Shown here in pieces: positions 43,761 to 59,678 of a stretch of 64,000 nt of DNA. The number at the start of each line of letters is the position of its first letter. Position 1 is the stretch's first letter. The translations under genes were made by a program, and so were the position numbers. The notes beneath the pieces were generated by a model, which saw only the letters and a list, made by a program, of their open reading frames with translations, was not told the DNA's origin and made no database searches. Source of the stretch: the human T2T-CHM13v2.0 reference genome, Homo sapiens; assembly GCF_009914755.1 (NCBI RefSeq), contig NC_060937.1; one strand, 5' to 3'.

Positions 43761-43852
43761 TATCTTATAAATATCCTATTATGTAATCTGATTCTCCCAT
43801 AGGATCTTATCTTATAAATATCCTTTTATATAATCTGATTCTCCCAGAGGAT
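43761..43852. repeat. Two-copy tandem duplication, 47-bp period
   Basis: tatcttataaatatcct(a/t)ttat(g/a)taatctgattctccca(t/g)aggat at 43761-43805 and 43808-43852. Confidence 0.9.
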
Positions 43853-44352
43853 GATTTCGGAAAAATCATTGTGTTAATTGCCTTGTTTTTCCCTGAGGTT
43901 GGGAACACTCACAGACAAAACCATAGTGTTGAGGTTGATTTTTGTCTAGTAATATATTTATTTAAACAAGCAGGCAGACTACACAAGAAATACTACAAAT
44001 AATTTTGCTGAGAAGTAGAACGATTGGAATATTTTTTGATAACCTCACATTATTAATATTGTGTTAAATAAAAAGTAATCTGTTTATATATAAGTCATTT
44101 GAATGATTTATAATGGTTCTCCCCTCCTCATTTTTCTAGAGAAATGTACTTTATTTATAGTTTTTAAAAATTGGTCTAAAGATTTTTACTCTATGAAGTT
44201 TAATATCACCACTACCCAAACTTGGTTTTCTGTCATCTTCTGATACCTCTAGAGAAGTTTGTAGTGATGTCACTGATGGGTTTTTTTCTTTTTTCAGTGC
44301 CATACATGTGTTCCTGTGTGTATAAAAACAATTTAAATAATTATGAAAATGG

Positions 44353-44651
44353 GGCCAGGCTCAGTAGCTCACACCTATATAATCCTAGCACTTTGGGAAG
44401 CCAAGGTGGGAGGATCACTTGAGGCCAGGAGTTTGAAATCAGCCTGGGAAGCATAGTGGGACCCTATCCCTACCTAAAAGAAAAAACATTAGTTAGGCGT
44501 GGTTGTGTGTGTCTATAGTCTCAGCTACTCGGGAGGCTGAGGTAGGAGGATTGCTTGAGCCCAGGGGATTGAGGCTGCAGTCAGCTTTGATGGTGCCACT
44601 GTACTTTAGCCTGGGTAATGAGTGAGACCCTGTCTTTAAAAAAAAAAAAAA
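44353..44651 (+). mobile_element. AluJ
   Basis: Sense Alu consensus match. Confidence 0.9.
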
Positions 44652-44774
44652 TTTTTTTTCCTTTTCTCCAAACAAGCCTTATTAGGACATCTTTATTTCT
44701 GTTCAGAATGCTTTATTATTTAGCTACTTGTCAGATTGATCTGTTTTGTAAGATTTTGTTTATTTTTCTTTTAG

Positions 44775-44987
44775 ATTCGCCATGAAGTCAGCTTTAAAAA
44801 TATGACTCATAAGCTGTGCAGTGACCACTGCTTTAATAGATATAGAATGGCCAATGGTTTAATAATGAATTGCTGTGAACAGTGTGGAGAGTACTTGCCC
44901 AGTAAAGGTGCTGGAAATAATGTTCTGGTGATTGATGGTCAACAGAAAAGATTTTGCTGTCAAAGTTGTGTCAGTGAATACAAACAG
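44775..44987 (+). CDS. ZMYM2: ZMYM2 coding exon (213 nt): end of MYM finger 3 (LCSDHC) and finger 4 (CCEQC...FCCQSC)
   Basis: Acceptor tatttttcttttag|ATT ([13 protein letters not shown]...), donor CAG|gtaatt. In frame; cumulative CDS 1512 nt. Confidence 0.96.
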
Positions 44988-45127
44988 GTAATTCATGTTC
45001 TAATCAAAATTGGGCATTCTTTAGAATGTTCTTGAAAGTGTTGTAATACTTTTACTCTAACAGTGTTTATTAACTGGCTTTATCTTAGAATTTCATTTAA
45101 TTCCATTATTGTTGTCATATCATGGAG

Positions 45128-45353
45128 CATACTGAATGCATAGTGCTTTGTACCATTAAAGCTGAACCATCGTAAGTCAGGGACCATCTGTATTTATTCA
45201 TTTGAGGTAGGTCATTTCCGTGATATAATGATGGAGTTAAGTCTGGGTAAACCCGTTGTAAGTTGGAAATGTCTTAGAATGCACCTTTGACCTAGGTATT
45301 TTCAACTTAGAATGGGTTTATCAGGATGTAACTCCATTCTTAGGGAACATCTG
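45128..45353. mobile_element. MER47/Tigger5-like terminal fragments, including a palindromic piece at 45230-45338
   Basis: gaaccatcgtaagtcaggggaccatctg|TA terminus and ...atgggtttatcaggatgtaactccatt...aacatctg terminus. Confidence 0.6.
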
Positions 45354-45362
45354 TGTATGTAG

Positions 45363-46322
<960 letters not shown>

Positions 46323-46348
46323 TTAGATTTATTAAGGTGTGAGTTATA

Positions 46349-46978
46349 TAGTAGTCCTTTCTCACGCAAAGTTTTGTTTTTTGTGGTTTCAATTACTCAC
46401 AGTCAGCTGCAGTTTCCAAATAGGTGAGCAGACTACAATAAGATAATTTCAGAAAGTAATTAATTATAGGTGAGTAGACTACAATTAAGATAATTTGAGA
46501 GAGATTAATTATAACTAACTATAATTGTTGTTGTTTTTTGTTTTGTTTTGAGACAGGGTCTTGCTCTGTTGCCCAAGCTGGAGTGCAGTGGTGCAATCTC
46601 AGCTCACTGCAGTCTACTTTTCCTGGGTTCAAATGATTCTCCTTGCTTCAGCCTCCTGAGTGGCTGGGATTACAGGCACATGCCACCATGCCCGACTAAT
46701 TTTTGTATTTTTGGTAGCGATTGGGTTTCACCATGTTGTCCATGCTGGTCTCAAACTCCTGACCTCAAGTGATTTGCCCACCTCGGCCTTCCAAAGTGCT
46801 GGGATTACAGGCGTGAGCCATCATTCCCGCCCAATTGTTGTTAATCTCTTGCTGTGGCTAATTAGAAATTAAACTTTATCATAGGTATGTGTCTATGGGA
46901 AACGACATAGTATCAAAGGTTTCAGGCATCCACTGGGAGCCTCAGAATGTATCTCTCAAGGATAAGAGGTGGCACTGC
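46349..46978 (+). mobile_element. MER44/Tigger7-like element with an inserted antisense Alu (about 46534-46832)
   Basis: agtagtcc...gtggtttcaattactcacagtca... and ...aattaaactttatcataggtatg...tttcaggcatccactggg...ggataag. Confidence 0.7.
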
Positions 46979-47219
46979 CATATTAGTAGATTTCCTAATC
47001 TATTGAGCCATCCTTGTATTCCTAGAATAAACTATGCCAGATAATTATTTTTTCAAAAATGTGCATACATTCTGATGGCTAATACTTTATTTGGTACTTT
47101 TGCATTGATATTTATAAGTAAGATTGGTCTGTAATGTCCTTTTTTTTTGTGCATTCTTTAAGGTATCAGTGTTACATTTGCTTTATAAAAATGTCCAGAG
47201 GAAAATTCATTTCCTCATA

Positions 47220-47790
47220 TACTTAAAGCAGTAAAAATGAAAATAAATGAATTAAATAGTCAACTGAAAAACCTGGAAAAAGAAAAATAAACTGAAACAG
47301 AAGAAAGGAAATAAAGATAAAAGGATAAACTAATTAGGAATTTTAAAATAGTATTAACATTGTTCAGAATGTTGCCTCTTTGAAAAATCAGGTCTTCAAA
47401 AACCAGGGAAAAAATACCCAATTGTTAATCAGGAAAAGAGGTTTAAAAACAGAAATACGTAAAATAAGAAATGACAAGGTAGATATGAAGATCAAAACAA
47501 AAGAACTTGACAAAAATCAGTCATAAGAACCAGTTTATTTAGCCCTATATAAAAATGTTGAACCTAGATTAATTTCCTGTGAAAATATAATTTCCCCAAC
47601 TGGACTTCAGCGCAGACAAAATTAAGTGGACAAATTTCTATAGATGAAATAGAGATAATTATTAAAGTACTACCCCACAACAAGGACTAGGCTCTGATGT
47701 TTTCATAGGGGAATTCCATCAAATTTAAACAAGAAAATCTCAGTGCTATTTAAACAATTCCAGAGCATAAAAAGGAAGGAAAGTAACTCA
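47220..47790 (+). mobile_element. Old L1 ORF2 fragment (sense)
   Basis: A-rich L1 ORF2-like text (gaaaatataatttccccaactggact...aaacaattccagagcata). Confidence 0.6.
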
Positions 47791-48375
47791 TAAGGTTTTT
47801 AAACATTGTGGTAGACTATATGTAACATAAAATTTGCAGTTTTAAGTATTTTTAAGTATATAAGTGAGTGGCATTAGTTACATTTACAGTGTTGTGCTAC
47901 CGTTGACTCTATTTCTGAAACTTTTTCATCATGCCATACAAAAACTGACATTAGCCAATAACTCCCATTTTTTTCTATCCCAGTCCTTGGTAACTTAGTA
48001 CTTTCTGTCTCTATGAATTCGTATATTCTAGATATTCATGTAAGTGAAATTATATAATATTTGTCTTTTTGCATCTGGGTTATTTTACCTGAAAGCTGAA
48101 ACATAATGCTTTCAGTTTCATCCATAGTATAGCCATGATCAGAACATCATTACTTTTTATGGCTGAATAGTATTCATTATATGTATATGCCACATTCTGT
48201 TTATCGATTTGTTGTCCCTATGATAGATGTTGCTTTGTTGCCACCTTTGACTATTGTGAATAATGCTGCAGTGAATATTGGTGTATAAATTTGATATAAG
48301 TATCCTGGTTTTCCATTCTTTTGGATGAGTGTGGATTTGCTCAGTCATAGGGTAATTCTGTGTTTTACCTTTTGA

Positions 48376-48831
<456 letters not shown>

Positions 48832-49653
48832 TAAGCTCAAGCCATCTGCCTGCCTTGGCCTTCCAAAGTGCTAGGATTACAGTGTGAGCCACCGTACCTG
48901 GCCAGTGAGCAATTTTTCATTTGCTTGTTGGCCATTTGTGTATCATCTTTGGAGAAGTATCTATTCAAGTCCTGTCTCTGTTTTTGAATTGGGTTTTGTA
49001 GTTCAGTTCTTTTTTCTCTTTTTGTTTTTTGTTTGTCTGTTTGTTTGTTTGTTTGTTTTTGAGATGGAGTCTCCCTCTGTTGCCCAGGCTGGAGTGCAGC
49101 AGCGAGATCTTGGCTCACTGTAGCCTCTGCCTCCTGGGTTCAAGTGATTCTCCTGCCTCAGCCTCCTGAGTAGCTAGGAGTACAGGTGCGTGCCACCACA
49201 CCTGGCTAATTTTTGTATTTTTAATAGAGACGGGGTTTCACCATGTTGGTGAGGCTGGTCTCAAACTCCTGACATCGTAATCTGCCCGCCTCGGCCTCCC
49301 CAAGTGCTGGGATTATAGGCATGAGCCACTGCGCCTGGCCCTCTTTTATTTTTAGTTGATATGTAATACTTGTATATACGTAGGGGATACAGAGTGATGT
49401 TTTTATACATGTATAAAATGTGGAATGTTCAAATCAGGGTAATTAGGATAGCCATCACCCCAAAATTATTTTTTTATGTTGGGAACATTCGAAATTCTCT
49501 CTTTTAGCCTTTTGAATCTATCCAATAATAATTGTTAACTGTATTCATTCTATAGTGCTATGGAACAATAGAACTTACTCCTCCTATATAGCTATAATTT
49601 TGTATCCCTTTGTACTTTTGTTCCGGAGTTGAAGAAGTTCTTTATATCTTGTA

Positions 49654-49882
49654 CAGTTTGAGTATCCCTTATCTGAAATGCTTGGGACCCAAAGTGTTTC
49701 AGATTTTAGGTTTTTCAAACTTTAGAATATTTACATTATACTTACATTCAAACAATCCACATCTGAAAAATCCAAAATGCAAAATGCTTCAATGAGCATT
49801 TCCTTTGAGCATCATGTTGGTAATTGAAAAGTTTTGGGTTTTAGAGCATTTCAGATTTTTTGCATTTGCGTTGCTCATTCTG
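49654..49882. mobile_element. Tigger4a/MER46A (Zombi)-like non-autonomous transposon
   Basis: TA|cagtttgagtatcccttatctgaaatgcttgggacc...aatccaaaatgc...tttcctttgagcatcatgttgg...tgctcattctg|TA. Confidence 0.8.
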
Positions 49883-49996
49883 TATATGTTTTGCAAATAC
49901 TGTCTTCCATTATGTAGGTTTTTGTTTTACTTTCTCAATAATGTCCTTTGATGTGCAGAAGTTTTTATTTTTTTGTTTTATTTTTTTTTTTTTTGA

Positions 49997-50330
<334 letters not shown>

Positions 50331-50617
50331 TAGTAGAGACGGGGTTTCACCTTGATGGCCAAGCTGGTTTCAAACTCCTGATGTCAAGTGAGCCACCTGC
50401 CTCGACCTCCCAAAGTGCTAGGATTACAGGCGTGAGCCACAGCGCCTGGGCTAATACTTGTATTTTTAGTAGAGATGGGGTTCCACCATGTTGGCCAGGC
50501 TGGTCTCGAACTCCTGACCTTCAGTGATCCTCCTGCCTTGGCCTCCCAAAGTGTGAAATTACAGGCGTGAGCCTCCGCCCCTGGTCTTTTTTTTTTGAGA
50601 TGGGTCTCGGTCTGTAG

Positions 50618-50794
<177 letters not shown>

Positions 50795-52436
50795 TGACCT
50801 GAAACTCCTGACTTCAAGTGATCTGTCCTTCTCAGCCTCTCAAAGTGCTGGGATTACAGGTGTGAGCTACCACGCCCAGCTGGAAGTCTTAAATTTTGAT
50901 TTACCCATTGTTTTCTTTTGGTCGTGCTTTCGGTGTCATTTAAGAATCTGTTGCCAAATGCCAGGTCATGGTTTTCCTCTACAGTTTCCTCTAAGAGTTG
51001 TATGAGTTTAGCTCTTAATTAGGTATTTGATCCATTTTAATTTACTTTTTGTTTATTATGTGAGGCAGGGGTCCAACTTCATTGTTTTGTACTGGAATTC
51101 CAGTTTTCCCACCACCACCACCTGTTGATGAAGGGATTATTCTTTCTCTGTGGAATGGACTTATCACACTTGTCAAATATTAATTGGCCAGAGATCATTT
51201 CTATGTTCCACTGATCTACATGTGTGATCTGATGTATGTGCTGCACTATTTTGATTACTGTATCTTTGTAGTAAGTTTTGAAATCAGGAAATGTGAGTTC
51301 TCCAACTTTGTTTTTTGTCAAGATTGTTTGAATATTCTGGACCCATTCTAATTTTATATGAATTTGAAGATTGGCTTTTCTATTTCTGCAGAAGAGTTTG
51401 TTGGAATTTTTATATAAATTGCATTGAATCTGTAGATTGCTTTGGGTAGTATTGACATCTTAGCAATAGTAAGTTATTCTGTCTGTGAAAATGGCATTTA
51501 TTTATGAAGACATACCATTTATTTATGTCTTTAATTTCTTTCAGCAGTCTTTTGTGGTTTTTAGTGTACAAGTCTTCACCTCCTTTGCTGCATTTATTCC
51601 TGTTTATTCTTTTAATGCTATTTCTAGTGGATTTGCTTTATTAATTTCCTTTTCAGATTGTACATTACTAGTATATAGAAACATCTGATTTTTGTACATT
51701 GATCATGTACTGTGCAAGTTTACTGAATGTTAGCTCTACTAGCTTTATGAGTTTCTTGGTATTTTTCTCTTTATGAGTTTCATGTCATCTGTGAATAGAG
51801 ATAGTTCTACTTTTTTCCAATTCGGATGCATTTTATTTCTTAACTAATGGTTGTGGCTATAATTTTCAATACTGTGTCAAATAGATGTGGTGAAAGTGGG
51901 CGTCCTTGTTGCTGATCTTAGAGGAAAATAATTTTTTTACCATTGAGTCTGATGTTAGAATGGGTTGTTCATATGCATGGCTTTTAGTATGTTGAAGTAG
52001 TTTCTTTGTATTACTTTTTTTATTCAGTTTTTTTAATCATAAAAAGGTGTTGAATTTTTCAAATGCTTTTTCTACATCCTTTGAGATGATCATGTGGTCT
52101 TTATCTTTGCTCTTATTTATGTGGTACGTTACATGGATTGATTTCTTTATGTTGAACCACACTTTTATTGGGATAAATCCCTACTTGATTATGGTGTATA
52201 ATCCTTTTAATATATTGAATTCAGTTTAGTAGTACTTTGTTGAGGATCTTTGCATCTATATTCTTGTGGGATACTGGTCTCTGATTTTCTTTCTTTTGAT
52301 GTCTTTATCTGTCTTTCAAATGAGGGTAATGCTGGCCTTATAGAATGGGGTGGGTGAGACATCTTGTATCTTCTGATTTTTGGAAGCGTGGGAATTGGTG
52401 TTAATTCTTTAAATGTTTGGTAGAATTTACCTGTGA

Positions 52437-52646
<210 letters not shown>

Positions 52647-54277
52647 TGAATTTTTAGTAGAGATGGGGTTTCACCATGTTGGCCAGAATGGTCTCGATCT
52701 CCAGACCTCATGATCCACCCGCCTCAGCCTCCCAAAATGTTGGGATTATAGGCATGATCCACTGCACCCGGCCAGGACATTTTTGATGACTGAGTCTATT
52801 GTTACAGGTCTGTTCACGTTTTCTATGTCTTCTTGTGTCAGTTTTGGTGGTTTGTGTGTTTTTAGGAATTTGTGCATTTCATCTAGGCTGTGTAATTAGT
52901 TAATGTACTATTGTTCATAGCATTTTCTTGTACTACTTTTTACTTCAGGAATGCTGGTAGTAATGTCTCCTATATTTTATTCTTTGTGTCTATTCTCTTG
53001 GTATTTTAAAATGACCAACTTTTGGGTTTGTTTCTCTCACTTTTTCTGTTCTGTTTTATTTTTCCTGCTCTAATCTTTATTATTTCCTTTCTTCTGCTGG
53101 CTTTGGGTTTAGTGATCTCGTCTTTTTCCTCAAGGTGGTGAGAAGTTAGGTTATTTACTTTAGGTTTTTTTTTTTTTTTTTTTTTGGGGACAAAGTCTCA
53201 CTCTATTGCCCAGGCTGGAACGCAGTGGCATGATCTTAGCTCACTGCACCCTCACCTCCCAGGTTCAAGCGATTATCCTGCATCCGCCTCCTGAGTAGCC
53301 GGGATTACAGGCATGTGCCACCACACCTGGCTAATTTTTGTATTTTTAGTAGAGATGGGGTTTCACCGTGTTAGACTGGTCTTGAACTCCTGACCTCAGG
53401 TGATCTGCTCGCCTCAGCCTTCCAAAGTGCTGGGATTATAGGTGTGAGCCACCGTGCCTGGACTTACTTTCTTTCTTTTTAACATAAGCATTTAAAATTT
53501 TAAATAAATTTTTCTCTGATTAGTATTTAAGTTGCATCTCATAACTTTTGGTATTCTTTTAGTTTTGTTTTCACTCATCTCTAAGTATTTAAAAATTTCC
53601 TGTGATTTCTTCTTTGAGCCATGTTTAAGAGTGTGTAGTTTAATATCCCCATATTTGTGAATTTTCTAAGTGTTCCTTCTATTACTGATTTCTAGTTCTA
53701 TTCCATTGCTCATTGGAAAGATACTCTGTGTGATTTCAGTCTTCAAAAATTTATTGAGACTTTTTTGTGGCCTAACATAGTTCATTCTGGAAATTGCTCC
53801 ATGTGCATTTGAGAAGAATGTTTATTCTACTGTTGTTGGCAAGAATACTCAATATATGTTTGTTATTAATAACTCTAGTTTATATTGTTGTTCAAGATTT
53901 GTCTTTACTTAGTTGAAATTCTGTCTAGATGGTTTGTCCACTATTGTAAATGGTGTATTGATGTCTCCAGCTATTATTGTACAATTATCTGCTTCTACCT
54001 CAGTTATTGTCTATTTCTCCTTTTACGTCTGTTAATTTATTTAAGTGTATTTTGGGGGTTTTGATACTTGGTATGTATATGTTTATATTTGTTATATCTT
54101 CTTGGTAAGTAGACCCTTTGTTCAGTATGTATTTTTCTGTCTCTTGTGTCAGTTTTTCACATATAGGCTCTTTTTGCCTTATATTAATATGGCAACCCCA
54201 ACTCTCTTAGTTACTGTTTATTTGTGTGGAGTATCTTTTTCCATCCTTTTACTTTTGACCTGTTTGTATCTTTGGAT

Positions 54278-54438
54278 AAATAAATCCTTCCTTATCAGTA
54301 ATTACATTAAATGTACATGGATCAAATTATCCGATCAAAAAGCAGAAATTGACAGAATAGGAAAAAAATGATGCCTTTTGATTGGATAATTTGATCCATG
54401 TACATTTAACATAATTACCAATAAGGAAGGATTTATTT
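54278..54438. repeat. Inverted repeat: 67-bp arms with a 27-nt spacer
   Basis: 54278-54344 is the reverse complement of 54372-54438 with 6 mismatches (manual alignment). Confidence 0.93.
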
Positions 54439-55459
54439 CTGCCATTTTTCTATTTTTTTTCGGTATATTCTATACCTTTTTTTTGGTATCTCATTTCCTG
54501 CATTATGGCTTTTATGTTTAGTTGATTGTAGTGCACTGTTTTGATTTCCTTCTCATTGTCTTTGTATTGTTTTTAAATATATTATTTGTGGTTACTGTGG
54601 GGGAGGCTTTACATATAACATCCTATAATTCAATCTAATGTGAATTTATAACAAGTTAATCAGCTTTTAAAAATGCTGCTCCTATATATCTGTTCCCTCT
54701 TTTTGTTATAGATTACATTTTTAAGCATTGTATTCCCAGTAATATAGATTTACAATTTTGTGTGCATATTTGTCTTTAAAATCATGTAGGAAATAAAAAG
54801 TGGATTTATAAAGCAAAAATACAATTATACTTGTTTTGTATTCTCCCATATATTTACTAAAGATTGGGTCAAGTGTATTCCTTCCATTTCAATAAAAAGC
54901 TTTGACTCCTTTTAGCATTTGTTTTGTAGGGTAGATTTAGTGGCAACAAACTCCCTCCACCTTTTATCTGTGTGTCTTTATTTTTCCTTCAGTTTTGGAT
55001 GATAGTTTTGCTGGACATAGTATTCTTGTTTGAAAGCTTTTTTTTCTCTATTATTTTAAATGTTATTCCACTGCCTTTTGGCCTCCATGGTTGTTTCTTT
55101 TGTGAAATTGATGGTTAATCTTATTGAGAATTTCTTGTGCTGAACCATTTCTGTTTTGCTTCTTTCCGTATTTTCTTTGTCTTTTAACGGTTTGATTATA
55201 ATGTGTCTTATTGTGTGTCTCTGAGTTTATCCTACATGTAATTTGTTGTGTTTATTAGATTTGTAGATTTGTGTCTGTTATCAAATATGGCAAGTTTTTA
55301 GCCATTAATTTTTCAGATAATCTTTTGCCCCTTTCTCTTCTTCTGAAACTCTCAGAAAGTTCATGTTGGTCTATTTGATCTTATTCCATGGGCCCCTTAG
55401 GCTTTTGCTTACTTTACTTCATTCTTTCCTTTACTGCTCCTCAGGTTCTGTTACATCAG

Positions 55460-56595
55460 TCTTGGCCTCTTTACTGCAAATTGTTGGTAAAAGCTCTGGC
55501 TTTCTGCTGGGTCAGACCACCTCAGTTAGGGTAGAGGTGGTTAAGGTGTCTAATTACCACCCAGTGGGGTGGAAGTTCAAGTTTCCTACTTGGCCTTCTC
55601 TGACTTTACCATGGCTAGGGTGCTGGGGTGAGGCATCACATTGTAGCCCGGCCAGGGTGGAAGTCTAGGCTAATTGGCCTTTTCTTGTGTGAATGGGATT
55701 AGGGTCTGTGGAGTAGAGGAGCTGTTGTCTTACTGTTTCTCTAGGCTGCTATTTCAACTGTATTTCACCTACAGGTGTGTCATTTCTCTTGCCAGATTCA
55801 AGATTTTTTCTTTGTCTTTGGTTTTCAGAAATTTGAATTTGGTGTATCTTGGTGTTTCTTTGGGTTTTATCCTTCCTAGTGTTTGCTAACCTTCTATCTG
55901 TAGATTTATGTCTTTTGCCAAATTTGAGACATTTCAAACAGTAGTGTTTTTGGAGGACTTTTCTAACTCTGTCCTCTTTTTCCTTTCCTTTTGGGACTCC
56001 AGTGACATGAATGTTACTTTTTTTTTTTTTGTTACAAGCCTACAGATCCCTAAGGCTCTGTTTTACTTTTCCCCCCACCCAGTCTGTTTTTCGGGTTGGG
56101 TACTTTTTATTATTCTGTCTTCCAGTTCACTGATTCTTTCCATTTTATTCTTCTGTATATCTTCTATTTCTTTTCTAGAAGTTTCTGTGTTTTCATTTGT
56201 TTTTTAAGTGCATGTGTATTGGTTATTGGAGCACTTTTATGATGACTGCTTTAAAATCTTTGTCAGGTATTTCCAATATCTCTGTAATTTTGGTGTTGGC
56301 ATCTGTTGATTGTCCTTTTCTATTTAAATTATAGTTTTCCTGGTGTTTGGCATGATAAATGATTTTTTTATTTGAAACTTGAACATTTTGAGTACTATGG
56401 TATTGCCAAGTGGAGTTAAAAGGTCGGCCTCTCTACTTGGCCTCTCTACATCTGTGAGGGAGAAGCAGCTTCTTGTTATTGCTGAGTGGATATGGGAGTT
56501 CTGGCTCCTTTCTGGACATTAGCTGATACCACCCTGACTAGAGGAGTAGGAGTTCCTTATACTGTTCCCCACATAATCTCTACTGACACCAAATG
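55460..56595 (-). mobile_element. Old L1M 5'/ORF1-type fragments
   Basis: Minus-strand ENQRQRKNLESGKR-type ORF1 text and T-rich reverse L1 sequence. Confidence 0.55.
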
Positions 56596-57200
56596 ATTCT
56601 TCTTCAGTGGATAGAGAAAATGTTCTTAGTACTATTATTACATAAATAAAAATTATTTAAAATAGTGTTTCTTTTATTCTTTAAAATTACTTGCATGTTT
56701 TGTAATTACATACTATATGTTCATAATTCATTAGTTAAATAAATAGGTGGGAGTCCATGCCTTACTATTTTACTGATAAAGAGACCCAATTGGATGTGTT
56801 TGGAGACAACTACATGAGATGCTATAGTGAATGTCTTCTTTCTCTGCAACCTGGGAGCTAAAATTGTATCATAATCCTTCCTTACTTTCCTCTCACCCCC
56901 TTTGTCCTTTGTCTGTTATATTTAACTTAGCTGCCTTTTGTTGTTTATCTGTGCTCTCATTGCTCACTTAGTTTCTGAAGTGTATTGATACACTTAGTTA
57001 ATAATCTAGATCCTGGCAGTGGAGACTGTATAATGCTTGTCCTGTGCCTTTCAGTAGTTTTCCTTTTCTAGCATAGTATTTTGACTTTCATGGAAAGCAG
57101 GAAGCATATCTTTTAAAACTTTTGTGCAAGGAGTAAGGATATGTATTCGTATTATATGCTGGAAACTGTCATATGTGCTTTCAAAAGAATTTCTCAAACA

Positions 57201-57524
<324 letters not shown>

Positions 57525-57948
57525 TCAATCCATTTTGCATATGGTGGAAATTGTAGCTGTATAATCTCCAAATGACTTAATTTAGAAAGCTTCGAGTTTC
57601 ATTATAAGTGTTAACAGTTTTTAAAGAGATCTTAGAACACTCCAAATTAGAAGTGATTTTACTCAGAAATTAGAGGTGAGTCAGATCTAAGTATCTATCT
57701 TTAATTCCTTAGCCCATTATTACTGTTTTATCATCATACCATTTTTTCTAAGATAAAATTATTTGATAATTCTTTAAGTTGGGCAACAGTAGTGGGGACA
57801 GGACAGGCAGACATTTTTAAAAGTTGGAATGAGTTTGTAAGTCACAAAATATAATTGAGAAGCAACTTTTACATAATGCTTATTTACCTTTCAATGTAGC
57901 AGCTATTCTTTATGTGTGTTTATAAAGTCTTTTAAAATCTTTTTTTAG

Positions 57949-58020
57949 GTAGGTAGCCATCCAAGCTTCCTGAAGGAGGTTCGAGATCACATGCAGGACT
58001 CTTTCTTAATGCAGCCTGAG
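57949..58020 (+). CDS. ZMYM2: ZMYM2 coding exon (72 nt, VGSHPSFLKEVRDHMQDSFLMQPE)
   Basis: Acceptor aatcttttttttag|GTA, donor GAG|gtaagc. Symmetric phase 0/0. The peptide matches my recollection of ZMYM2 aa 505-528. Too short for the ORF track. Confidence 0.9.
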
Positions 58021-58638
58021 GTAAGCAGGAATGTAAATGGAGTTCAAGGCCTTAACATTTTTGAGCACTGCTACTACTGTCATTAATATGTATCTGAAAA
58101 ATCTTGTCCAATTTGAAATATATTAAAATTTCCAAACTTAAATTGTATCAAATGATGAATGTTTTATCTCTGAGACATAGATTTCTAATTTCACTAATTT
58201 TACATGTATTTTCTTGTGATATGCTCATTTGTCTTTAGTTATTTATGTTCTTAGGAAATTATTTTCAGATTTTTTTAGTGCACAATACCTTGTACACAGT
58301 AGGCATTTAATAAAGGGATATAAAAATCCTCTCTTTTGTGCCTACCTGAAAAGTTAAAAAAAAAAAACCCTTTCTTTCAAAAAAATTTCTAAGTCTGTGT
58401 TCCTGTTAATCCAGATAAATGAATTAGTAATGAGTAATAAGTGTTTAAAATTAGGAAGACTTTTAACTGTAGTACAGTTATCAAGATAATGAAATTTACA
58501 TCAGTAAACTATTATTGTCAGGTTAGTCAATAGAGCGTATTCAAATTTTGTCTGTTAATGTCCCTTACAGCAAATGAAAAACAATTATTTCTTGTCTAGA
58601 ATCCAGTACAGGATCATAGGCTATTATTATTCCTCTTC

Positions 58639-59678
<1,040 letters not shown>

